A DNA stretch of 64,000 nucleotides from Dudresnaya verticillata (lineage: Eukaryota): positions 1-64,000 of the forward strand of contig OZ374564.1 in NCBI GenBank assembly GCA_977862235.1, read 5' to 3'. Shown in pieces: positions 35,579 to 46,810 of the stretch. Positions within the stretch are counted from its first letter, which is position 1. Every line of letters starts with the position of its first letter. Both the position numbers and the translations under genes were made by a program. The notes under the pieces were generated by a model, which saw only the letters and a list, made by a program, of their open reading frames with translations, made no database searches and had not been told where the DNA came from.

Positions 35579-36845
35579 ATTGTGGTGTGAATACCTGTCG
35601 CCTGTTCGAGATGTGGTGCTTGACATTCTGTGCCGGTTTGGCATTCTAATGCGTTTGCACTCTACAGAGACGGAGGGTGATGAGCGGAAGGAGCTAGTCG
35701 GGATTCCGTCGTTGCTTCCCAAAGGTTGGGAGGGATTCCAGTGCCCTACGAAAGAAGGAGAGTGCGAAATTGTTTTGAGAACCATCTTTGACGATGCCAT
35801 TCCCCCTGGCTTGGAGGGCTACTTTGTTGCATTCCTTCATCGCATTATCAGAGGAGAGCGAACAAAGCCACCGGAACTTCGCCAAGATGCTGTAATTCTT
35901 TCTCTGAAGGGGACTTGCCGCGTTGTTGTTTGCTTCGTTCCTAAGAAAAGATGGATTGTGTGGACGATCAGGTGCGATGCCGTCTCAGGAATGAAGGTGG
36001 CTCAAGAATGTTTGAAAGCTATGGAAGATTTTTTGACAAGACCTCCGCACGGAAGCAACGCAGCTCGGAATCATTTTCTAGTTACTGATTGCCCTTCGAG
36101 CATCCAGGGGGGTTGCGGTGGCTCTAAAAGTGTGTTGTTGTCAATACCTCAGACATGGGTTTCGACTGAAGAATGTCAGGCACTCGATGAGGCAGAAGGA
36201 AAATGCTATTGCAATCAACTGTGGAACTATGGACAACTGAAGTTACATATTCTTGAGGGTGTGTCTGAGGGATCAAGCCACGATCATTTTGAACTACAAG
36301 ACTCAGTAACTCCGTATGATGTCTTTATTAGCCACGCAGGCCCGGAAAGGATATCTGTTGCCTACCCGCTACGGAATGCATTGAAAGCAATGGGATTGCG
36401 GTGTTTTTTGGATGAAGAGAGTTTGAAGGTTTCGGAACGTACAAACGAAGAGCAAATTCGAGCGGCAATTCGCGGCAGTAAGGCTGCCGCTTTCATTCTT
36501 TCGCCGTCGTTTGTGGCTCGCAAGTGGCCGATGTTAGAGCTGTCAGAATTTCTCGAACGAAAGCAGAGACCACAGTCACCTGTACTATTCCCGCTTTTCT
36601 ACCAACTGCAGGTGGAAGACTGCAAGAACAAGCAGCTTCCGTATGACGAACGGTTTCGGCGTGTATTTGAAGATAATCACTTTTTCCACCACGAACGCCA
36701 GAAGAAGGTTCCAGTGACGGAGGTAATGGAGACACTTGCGAAAGTGACAGGATATATCGGTGTTCGGAACGATGTCCGTGGAGAGACCCATACTCAGTTT
36801 GCAACAAGAGCAGCAGAAAAATTCTCTTGCGAGTTTGCAAGTTAA
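35579..36845 (+). pseudogene. 5'-truncated Roco-type COR + TIR domain gene
   Basis: COR-like LDILCRFG...IPSLLP...IPPGL. TIR motifs YDVFISHAG, CFLDEESL, FILSPSF and WPMLEL with the catalytic-position Glu. The 5' end abuts the LINE. Confidence 0.8.
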
Positions 36846-36851
36846 TACCAA

Positions 36852-36897
36852 GAGATGGAGACCTTTATGCATAGGAAAGACTACAGCCCCGTAAGGG
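36852..36897 (-). mobile_element. 46-bp retroposed terminal fragment with an 11-bp target-site duplication
   Basis: GTTAATACCAA at 36841 and 36898. The insert recurs at 52580-52626, with a related copy at ~37855-37875. Confidence 0.65.
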
Positions 36898-38099
36898 GTT
36901 AATACCAAAAAACATCTTGTACCTCGCGAGTTTGCGAGTTAAGACTATTAAAACCCTGTACGATCAAGATCTGACCGGTAGAACGAGTCGAGTGTGATTA
37001 GGTATGCGCTTCCTTTGTTGCTTGCTTTACTACCGGTAGTGTGTCTGATTTCTATTTCGTCCTTGTCTATTGACATCGAAGATCAGCTCGGTGTCCTGTC
37101 TATATTTACAAGGCTGGTTGTTGAACATTTGAGATCGTACCAAGGTGCAGGCTATACATAGAACCCAGGCGGAGTCAGGAGATGGCTTGAAAGTGCTTAC
37201 AAAACACTCTTGTTATTGTTTCCGCGTTAACACGTACTGCCTTCCGAAAAGATCTCCCCGTCGACAAACAGCAAAACGGAACATGAATCTCGTCCTTGCT
37301 GCAACCCGTATGTACCACTTTCAACCGAGGAGGAGAGACCTTTATTAAAGAACAAGAACCAACCTCGCTTCGCACTCACCTTTTTACACCAACCAGCACC
37401 CACGACCACCGCCACAGAGAAGATGGACGACACCCCCCTATCGATTGTTTCTTTTACCTCCTTGTCCCAGTATATTTTCTGTGGGGGACCGCCCGCACCC
37501 GACACACTAGTAGCTGCTCGTGCACTTGACAGCGTGCCTTCACCCGGCTGGCAACTTTCACTGAACGCCGCGGCGCGGAAAACGCGTGCCGCGACCAGCC
37601 GAAAGCGCGATGCCTCACGGACCCCTGAGCTGGCGATCACCCGTGTGGCTGCTCCTGCTGAATCAGTAGGCAGATTGTCCGCTTGCAAATTGACGGCGTG
37701 CTCCACTACGCATACGACTTTAAGAGCAGCGGCGGACGGGCCTTCTGCACGGCTTCGGTAACTCGCCCGTGGAATACTGTACACGAGAATATGTATGTAC
37801 ATCGCTCTAGCAGCATGACAGAGCTCGCTCTCAATAGCGCCCTTCGAACCCTACCATAAAGGTCCCCATCTCTTTATCTCTCAGCTCAACGTCAACTCCA
37901 CGCGCCATCCGATCATATCTGCATTACAGAGAATGACCGCACAGCAATGCATCTCGCACTGCTGGTGACGCCTTATTGGATGATTGGATGATTGGGCTGT
38001 AAGCCCAATGGTTTGTTCCATCTTTGAACTCCAAATAATTTCATTTGATTTCATTGGCCCGCGGCCAATCATGTTTTTGCGTCACTGCTCTTCTGGCAG

Positions 38100-38572
38100 T
38101 CCCATTCAGCTGCATTCCCGAAACCGAACACATCCTTCTACTGCGCCTACGGCGGCTCTCATCTTCCCGCTCCCCTAAGCTCTCCTGGGCTGCCCGCACG
38201 ACCCTAGATGCCCTCTCGCGCTCGCCTGACCACTCGCTTCGTAGCGCCGTTGCCTGTCCCAAGTCCGCGGCTGAGCGGCACGCCCTGAACCTGCAACGCT
38301 GGTACATTGACCTCCAAGGGCGACGACCTGCTCCTGTTTATACGTCTGACCGCCATCTCGCAGTCCGCTGGCATTTGGGTACATTCCCGATCCCACCCCC
38401 CGATCCCACTCTCGCCACACGCGTCCGAATCGCTTCCACAACACTGGCACTGCTGGGCCAGCCTGAACCTACCTCGGCCACGCTACGTGACGTCTCCCAG
38501 AGCATTGAAGACATTCGCCGCGTTGGCTTTCAACACAGCCAGCCTCCCGACTCGGCCCCTTCAACCCAATAG
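38100..38572 (+). mobile_element. Non-LTR retrotransposon C-terminal fragment (RWHLGTFP family)
   Basis: SWAARTTL...GRRPAPVY...RWHLGTFP aligns with the 34075-34500 region. Confidence 0.75.
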
Positions 38573-38754
38573 CACGCCTTGAAGATATACAGTCATTGTT
38601 CCTCCTTCCCATGCGATAGCGTGCTGGCTCATAGGCCTTTGTTGCCGATGCCGGTGCACTCAAAACTGTCCTATAAAGTTTAATATCACTTTACTCCTAG
38701 GACACGGTCCCCGTCTTCTTCATGTAAATTCACTACTCTGTTCGTACAGTACCA

Positions 38755-40085
38755 TTACCATAACACACTACACGGCTGCATCTCCATCTCCGCCCCTTGT
38801 ACCTTTGCCGACCCCTTCGTCCGGTGCCGGTTGCCGCGCTTAGGCCCGCTATGTATCTCCGAATGAGCCACCTTAACGTTCCTTATCCGCGGGATCAATC
38901 CCTTCAGCATCGCGATCTCACTCGCCGTGTCCGCGTCGCTCTTCTCTGGGTACTGCGCAAGAGCCCACTTGAAGTACGCAAGAAACTCCTGCCAGTCCAT
39001 CACCCCCATCCTTGTCCATGTCTATCCCGGCCAGCGCCTGCTTGGTGTCCGTGTACTGTTTACCCCTAAACTACGGCGCGAGAAACCCGTGGTAGAACGA
39101 GTCAAAGTCCAGCGCCCCATCCTGCTTCCTCGCCTTCTACGAGTCCCAAAAGTCCCACACCTTGCGGAAATCCGCAATCACCCTCTGGTGGTGAGCATCG
39201 TGCACCTGCACGCGAGCAATCTCCTTGCTCATCTTCCCCGTCATCTGCCCCCAGCACCGGTCGAACAACACCGCCAGTCCCATCGCGCTCTGGCACTCTT
39301 CCTTCCGTCCCGCATTCAGGTCCACTAGCATCTGCGCCAGCATCTTATACACCATTGCCTCGGTAAACTGCACGTCGTCATCAAACAAGTACTTGAACCT
39401 GTTCACTTCTATGTTCGGCGACGCCAGCGTCGTCATCAGGTTCGTCTCGCGCTCCCCGAAAAGCTCTGTCATGTTGAACCAGCCCCCCGCCATTCCGTCC
39501 GAGTCAAACAAAATTTACAGCACCCGCTCTCCGTACACGTACTGCTTGGGGTGCGGGTCCTTCAGTGTCGTCGGCCGCGTAACCTCGATCGCCGCCTTCC
39601 GAAACTCCTGGTACCGGTATTTGGACAGCACCTTCTTATTCCCCATCCATACAAAGTTCATCAACACCATCGTCGAGCACGCGTGCCCCATCGCCGCACC
39701 CTCCACGCACAGGCAGCTCCACTTCCCGTTGCACCATGGGCCTTTAAGTCGCCCAAGTGGGACCACCTGTAACAACCAATAAACGTTTACCATCACGTCC
39801 GGTATCACATCCCCACCGGGGTCTTCAAATACTAGCGCAAACAGACGCTTTTCATTCTGGAGCTTCGAAAGAAACTCTACAATCTTCAACAACCGCTCTG
39901 GGGTTACCTCTAGAGCCGTCAGCATTTCATGGAGGTTCAACACCAACCGTCCTTCCGGGTTGATGTTCTAGTAAACCCAAAATCCTGTACAGCAGTAGCT
40001 GGTACATATCCTCGTATAACGTAGCTCTGAAGCCCCGGTGTCTATCTATTTCACCCTCGTCAATTCTCATCAAACTTGAGCTCAA
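38755..40085 (-). pseudogene. Decayed gene with a C-terminal EF-hand (DMDKDG.MDWQEF)
   Basis: Collinear ORF pieces 39515-39946, 39137-39511 and 38755-39009 joined by in-frame stops and a frameshift. Confidence 0.55.
39731..39783 (+). mobile_element. 53-bp LINE 3'-tail micro-insertion with a CGTT target-site duplication
   Basis: Matches the reverse complement of 44224-44276. CGTT at 39727 and 39784. Confidence 0.75.
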
Positions 40086-43000
40086 TCACTTTTCTAGAGA
40101 TCGTCTAAAGAGGTGAAGAAGGGCTGCTGGGATAGGAAGGAAACAGGAGCTGTCGTTTTCTAATCTGAAGAACACAAGGCTGTTTGTTGAACGCTTGAGA
40201 TCGTAGGCGACGGGGCTATTCGAAGAAAAAGATGGGGGTATTAATCGGCCGCCTCTCACGGTCTTGGCAAAAGTGCGTGGGTCACCGTGCCTGAGCAAAG
40301 CGGTAGAAACGTCTACCATACAGTAATGCAGTTATGGTTGCTATAGACTCGTAAAGAGCCTGTGGTACAACAAGCGGTGTATACGTACATTAGGGCATCT
40401 GCTGAAACGGCATGGATGGCGGATCTATTGTTTTCGTGATTTCCTTGGTTTCAAGTCTGCGACAGGAGGCGAACGGTGAAGAAGTGGCAGGACGAGTGTG
40501 ATGGAGTACGCGATGAGGCGGAGTTTGGCCTCGGAGCAATGCGGGTGCTTCAGAGGACGGAACGGCCCCATCTAGCGAGAAGGTCTCCCTCACCCGCCTT
40601 ACCTCTTTAGTATTTCAGTGCGTCGCGGTTTCTGTTAACAGGCGCAAGCTTGTTGACCGCCGCGCTAGCAACAGAGCGTATTACACCCCCTTAAGGGAGT
40701 TACTCTGAATCTTGCGATTAAAAGGATTCTTGTCTTATTGCGGATTATGATTGTGATACTTGGGGATAGATGTGAACCGGCGCAGGGGGTGCCCGACTCG
40801 CCCGTCAGGTGGCATAGGAGGGAGACCAGCGCGCTCGCATAGGCGTACTTGGATAGCTTTGCGTGGCCAGTTGCAGAGTACTGTAGAACAAGTACAATGC
40901 AATGCCCCGGCGGGGTACAATGCGGACATAGAGACGCTTGTCCAGGTACTGTACAGATCACATAGAGAGAGAACGTTTCTAAGCAGAAGCTCAAGAGGGA
41001 CGCTAACGCTTGTTAGTCCCAGAGGATGTCTATGCTGTGACGCTCCGAGCACAGGTCCTGCAGTACTCTTGAAATGATAGGAAGGGGATAATCGTGATTA
41101 GGACGATGCAGCAGTACTGCATTCCTTGCGCAACGTAATCAGAATGAGTGCGACGTACGCGGCGGGGTTCGTGTATGGCAAGCAGAAGACGTGGAAATGT
41201 GTATGGTATGCGATCCATTCGCTGGGCGATGGGAAGGAGTGATGATAAAGTTTACTCAACAAAGTTTAGAGTGCACGGGAACGAGTGAACCGCATTGCCG
41301 TTAGTGGCAGGGCTGTCGGGAAATTAGTTGCAATTGCAATTGTTGTTGCAGTGACATTGTATATTGCAATACTGTCCCTATTGGGTCGAGTAGAAATGTT
41401 GGAAGCCCTAGTGTTAAATGCAGTATACGATACGCATATGTGCGGCTTTGTGCGCGAGCGAGATCATATATATCGTTCTGTAGGCGCGTAAAACAACATC
41501 AACGGCATTGCACAAACTTATTGCACGACGTACGCATATGTTGCAGATGTTATTGGGGCGTGATGGCTGTTATGTTGCAATACTGTATATATTGCCGAAG
41601 GGGAGAGCATTGATGCAACATATTCCTGATTATCTTTAGTAGTCATTCGTCGTCCAGAGCGATGGCTTTGTGGAGTAGAGAATTGCATTTAGTAGAATCT
41701 ATGCGTTTTGGGATAGGTTGGAAATGAAACCTATGATCTCCATTAAGGTCTCTTCGACGCCCAAGAACCCACAGGCAACGTCCTGTACTGACATAAGACA
41801 TCCACGTACGCATTTGTACACGCTGCCTTGACCTCGTGCTGCCCTCAGAGACTGAAGGATGAACGCGGCCTCTTCCCACTGTACGGACCTAGAACGACTC
41901 CCTTCGTATGTGATCTACTGTAGCACTCTTGGAGTACGTTCTCCTATCGTTCTCCTATCGACTTGAGATAGAACGCTTTCTTCGAATCATATTGCATTTG
42001 TGCGAGCAATAACTTGCAATTTTAATGCTCCTAAAACGGATAGAAACCCTTACATTCGCAATTATATCCTGTGACTGCTACCCCATAAGCCCTATTATTG
42101 TTTCCGCGTTGCCGACCTTAGCAAAGCTGGCATTAAAGCAACAGAACCTCTCTAGAGAGGCCAAACAAAAAGGTTATTTTTGGCCTCGTTTGGTTTGTGG
42201 ATGGGTGGGAATGTTTGAACGTCGAATGAGAGAGAGGAGTGAAGCCTTGGGTGGTACGACGTGGTTGTGCTAATACGATTTTGGTCCGCTACCGGATTTT
42301 GTAACAGTTTTCCTCCATTTGTCGGGTTTGGTATGGAGGTTGTGGATAGTCTTCAAAAATTATTGCATGAGGAAAGGCTCTCATTTCGTTTCAAACGAGT
42401 TGACTGCAAACGAGTTGAGTACATACGAGTTGGGTGGAAAGTCGGTGAGTCGCGTTACCAGTTGGCAGCATCCGAAATGACTAAAATACTTCACGACATT
42501 ACTTACTCGGCTTACACATCCAGCTCCTGGTCTATGGAACTGCTTAGTTCTGGGAAAATTCAGTTTTGTTCTTCGGGAAGCCAGTATGGCGAGAAATGGC
42601 GAACGCAGGTGGAGCTAACGGTCCGCGAAGACATGTACACTTTGTTACGGCTCATCGCTGTATGGGTGAAAACTACGTAAGAATGCTGCGGTAGAAAGAA
42701 TGCTGAGAGGTTTTTGTAGAACCCTGCCGCGATGATAGTTTTGGACGGCTAGAGCGAGCGACGTTTGGCGTGCTGTTTGGTGGAGGAATGGAGAACGGTA
42801 TCCGACACCATTACCTTCACCTGCATCCGCCGCCTTACCTTTGCCGCATCCGCCGCCATTACACCATCGATAGACCTGACTGTGCTTCCGGATGCAGTAC
42901 CGTTTCGTGCTAGTCGGACTGTTGTCTGGCGTATGCGGAGTGACCATGCGCATATGCGTACAGTCTGGTGCATACAGTAGGCTACGCATCCGCTAACCGA

Positions 43001-44222
43001 TTATCAAAGTACTGTATTGTACTGACTGTCTGTAGTAAAGGCAGCGCGACCCGACCAGACGGTAAGCTCCCAGAGGGGAGAGGAAAGCGACCTTGCCACT
43101 ATCGAGCCCGAGCAAAAATCCTTCAACCGCGTTACCAGGGTCCGACAGCTCAAGAACCGGAGTTTGCCACATTTTGCAGACATGTTATGACCCTCCTCTA
43201 CCGAACTCTTAAGGCCGCGGGTGCTCGAAAGCGATACCACCTGCGGGTACTGGCTACTGACAACACCTACATCTGCGGAGCGGTGCTACCTCACCGTCGC
43301 TACCGACGGTGCCGCTTCTCTCGCCCTGACCGTTTGTTCTACTAATGGCTAAGCGGCGGGGCATCAACCAATCTCACTAACTGCTCCGCCTGTGTATCGT
43401 TCACAGCCTGATAGGCTATATACGGAAGCGTCGCTTGTCGATTTGTGGACCATCACGATCGAGCGAGCGAAGACGCGGGCGCTAGTCGACACTGCCGGCA
43501 GCTGCGGCACAGGGCTGTAGATGAAGCTGGAGACCGGGGTAACCGAGTCTTACGACTGGGGAGGCGTGCGGATTTGCGGAAAAGGGATTGCGGGAACAGG
43601 ACAAAGTCCGGACATATTGGCAGCGAAGCCGGCAGTAGCACCGTGTGTATTCTTGGGCTCGGTGGGTCCGTCCTTCCCGACGCAAAATGAGTGATGAGAT
43701 TTCGTACCACCGGTTGTACTGTTCCTCAACTTGCCGATGTTGCTGCGAGACGCAGAAAACGCAGGCGTCGGTGGGCAGGTTGCTGGTGACGTTTGCTTTG
43801 TTGCACAGCGGAGCAAGCGGAAGTCCGATATCGCACTACGATGCAGTTCTGATATGGGATCCATTCCGTTTGCACTTCGATATCGTTGGCTTGCTCAATT
43901 GTGCGCTCAGTTGTGCTCGGATGCAGAACCCCATCAGTGGCAATCCCGCAAGTTTGAGATTAAGCTTTACGAGATGATTCAAACTGAGGTTTGTAGCTGC
44001 CTGCGAACTTGCTGCGCTATAATTTGCTCATGATGCAGTTTGAGGAACTTATGGTATTGAAATCTGTTTGCGGTAGTGGTAGGCTTTGGCGCGGTGGGGA
44101 TGTGGGTCACATTTGGACGGGTGTTGGAGTAGGCTGTGACGTGACATGGGTGCACTGCATGTAGTGAGGGATTGTGGGTGCGCGGGGGTGGTAGCGTTGA
44201 GGGAGCAGAAGTGATGGTAAAC

Positions 44223-44772
44223 TTTTAATGGTTGTTTTAGGTGGTCCCGCTCGGGCGACTTAAAGGCCCATGTGCAGGCACACCAGGATCAGCTACAGTG
44301 GAAGAGGGCTGTCACTGTAGTGTACCCCGGGAAGGAAAAAAGGACAGCGGTGGTGTGTCTATGATTGGGAGGATGGCGGCGTGTTCAGAGAGGGAAACTC
44401 GGCAGAGCACAGGGTGCGGATGGCGGCGATCGTACTGGCAATGGTGTGTAGATCGTCTGGGGTGGCGTCTGGCTTGGAGAGCAGATGGAGGGCTTGGGTG
44501 TGGGTTCGAAGGGTTGCACGTTTGGTAGGGCAGGAAGGGAGGATGGGGAAGGTACCCAAATGCCACCGGATGGCCAGCAGTCTGTCGCGGTAGTCGTGCC
44601 TTAGGAGAATGCTGAGAATGTGGCTGGCGCGTTGTGTAGGAGGAGGGATTTTGCTGGTTTGGCGTCTCCACCCCGCCGTGCGGGGTCCCCATTTGGTACT
44701 GGGCGCTGGTACTGTCAACCAGGGGGAGGTCGCTTTATCATAGAGATAATAACAACCGAGTAGCCCCTATCC
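44223..44772 (-). mobile_element. Non-LTR retrotransposon 3' fragment (RWHLGTFP family) fused to the gypsy RT
   Basis: LAIRWHLGTFPIL in ORF 44359-44718; conserved tail at 44223-44280. Confidence 0.75.
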
Positions 44773-46810
44773 AATATAGGTGGAGAGATAAGGCGTCTCT
44801 TCAGTTCCTCGAAGGCTTCATATTCCGTATCGGATAATATTCCAAACTCAAAGGGTGAGCCCTTGCCGGTTTTCTTATTCAGCGGTGCTGAAATCCGAGC
44901 GAAGTTGGGTACAAAGCGACGATACACGTTGCACATTCCCAAGAAGGATCGCAATTCCGTTTGGTTAGTCGGCGGCTTCGCGACCTTAACGGATTGGATA
45001 TTCCGATTATCCACTTCTAATTTTCCGGGACGGATAACATGCCCCAGGTATTGTACAGACGCGTTGAAGAAGTCACACTTTGACAATTTCAACGTTACCC
45101 CAGCGGATCGTAAAAGCGTAAGGACTTCCTTCAGGTGGTGGAAATGTTCCGTAACGGTTTTTGAGTAGACAATTACATCGTCCAGGTAGACGAGGGCAAA
45201 TTGCCATTTAACCGTAGAAAGGATTATATCCACTGCCCGTTGGAAGGTTGCCGGTGCATTTTTCAATCCGAATGGCATTCTCCGAAAACGGTATAAGCCA
45301 AAATGGCTAGTGAAGGTAGTTTTGTCCCTTTCCTCTTCCGGAATCTCGACTTGCCAATATCCGCTATTGCAATCCAGGGTTGTAAATACAGTAGCTTCCC
45401 CAAGGGAATCTATGCACTCATCCATCCTGGGCAAGGGATATGAGTCCCTAACCGTTACGGAATTGAGCCTTCTATAGTCAACACAGAACCGCATGGTGCC
45501 GTCCTTTTTTGGAACGAAAACCACGGGGCTGGCCCACTCCGATGAGGCTGGTTCAATTACCTTAGCGGAAAGCATGCGATCGATCTCTGTCTTTTCGAGA
45601 TCTCGCTGCTTATGTCCGGCACGGTATGGGGCTTGATATACTGGCTTAGCTTCGGGAGTTAACTCGATGCGGTGCTTGGCAGCTGTAATGTTGCCAAGAT
45701 CGCCACTCCACATCGACTTATATTCCTCCAGTAGGGTTAAAATCCGTTTGCGGAGCGATGCTTCTTCTGTTCCGATCTGGACTTGATCCTTCCAGTCGGT
45801 AGTATTTGTATTTTCCGTTACGGGTTTGCTTAGTTCCTTGTCGTGAGGGGAGATGCTGCTGGCCTTTTCGGAGGTAGGGTTAGAATTAAATGATTGAATA
45901 ATTCCCCCCCCTCCTTAAATGGAGGTATACCGTCAACGGTAAAAATAGCAGAGGGGGCAGCAGTAGCGAGGCCCACGACAGTAGATTTGGGCAACCGTAC
46001 CGGCTTGTTAGAAAAATTAGAGACCCAGATCCGAAACGGTTTGTTTGGTACAACATCCATAATGCCATTAGCCATTAACGTAAGGTGCTTAAAAGCCGGC
46101 TTAGGATGATTTTGTAGAAAGCATAACCCACCCGTGGGGGGATTAACCGTTACGGTGGCTTGAGCCATAGGGGGAATAAGGGTAGATTTTGCTAAACAAA
46201 TTTTCTGAGAAACCGTAGCGGTAGAGAGAGGTGAGGGCTGTAGGGTTGCAGTGGTTCCCGTCTTCGGAATTTTGGCTTGACCAACAAGGGATACCGGTGG
46301 GTAATGATGAAAAACAACTTTCCGTAACGGAGGGAGTATTGCCTTCACGTAGCGGTCGATGAAGGTAGTTCCCAAAATACAGGGAGCCGCCAAGTTCGCG
46401 ACCACTAGAAACTGGACGCGAGCACGGAGCTCTCCGATACGGACGAAAAGTTGGATCTGACCAAGAGGGCGTATAGCGCGATTAGACGCATCCCGTAATG
46501 GAGGACTGGCGGCTGGGCGTATGAGTGGGAGCCATTGGCGCGGAAGGCGCCTGGCACTAATGAGATTGGGCCCAGCGCCAGAGTCCAAGACGGAGATTAA
46601 AGGAAGCATCACGCTATCTGTCCGTCCCACGGTAATTTGCATCTTGTAATTTTGATGTTGCATAAAGAAGATAGTATCATTGGTCTGATAAGCCAATGGG
46701 AGTTCCGTAACGGTATCTCGCCGATCCCCTGGCGGGTCCACACTCGCGAGAGGTGGAACGCCGTGAGACGGGGATGGCGGCGCCCTTACGCATCCCCCCT
46801 TGAGTTTTCC
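44773..46810 (-). pseudogene. pol: Pol (aspartic protease + RT), frameshifted and truncated
   Basis: LDSGA protease motif; WASPVVFVPKKDG, RFCVDYRRLN, MPFGLKNAPATFQ and YLDD. Frameshift at the C homopolymer ~45904-45911. Confidence 0.9.
46770..46810 (-). promoter_or_regulatory. Predicted -1 ribosomal frameshift signal between gag and pol
   Basis: Slippery G-GAA-AAC (46810-46804); a -1 shift enters the pol frame. Followed by a GGGGATG...CATCCCC stem-loop. Confidence 0.7.

Noticed and set aside
22277..39517. Stop-codon reassignment explaining the in-frame stops
   Set aside because: TAA, TGA and TAG all interrupt frames alongside frameshifts, while other long ORFs are clean; simple decay fits better.
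40100..44200. Many short ORFs and possible old repeat remnants (e.g. similarity between 37105 and 40175)
   Set aside because: No recognisable motif or boundary I can support.
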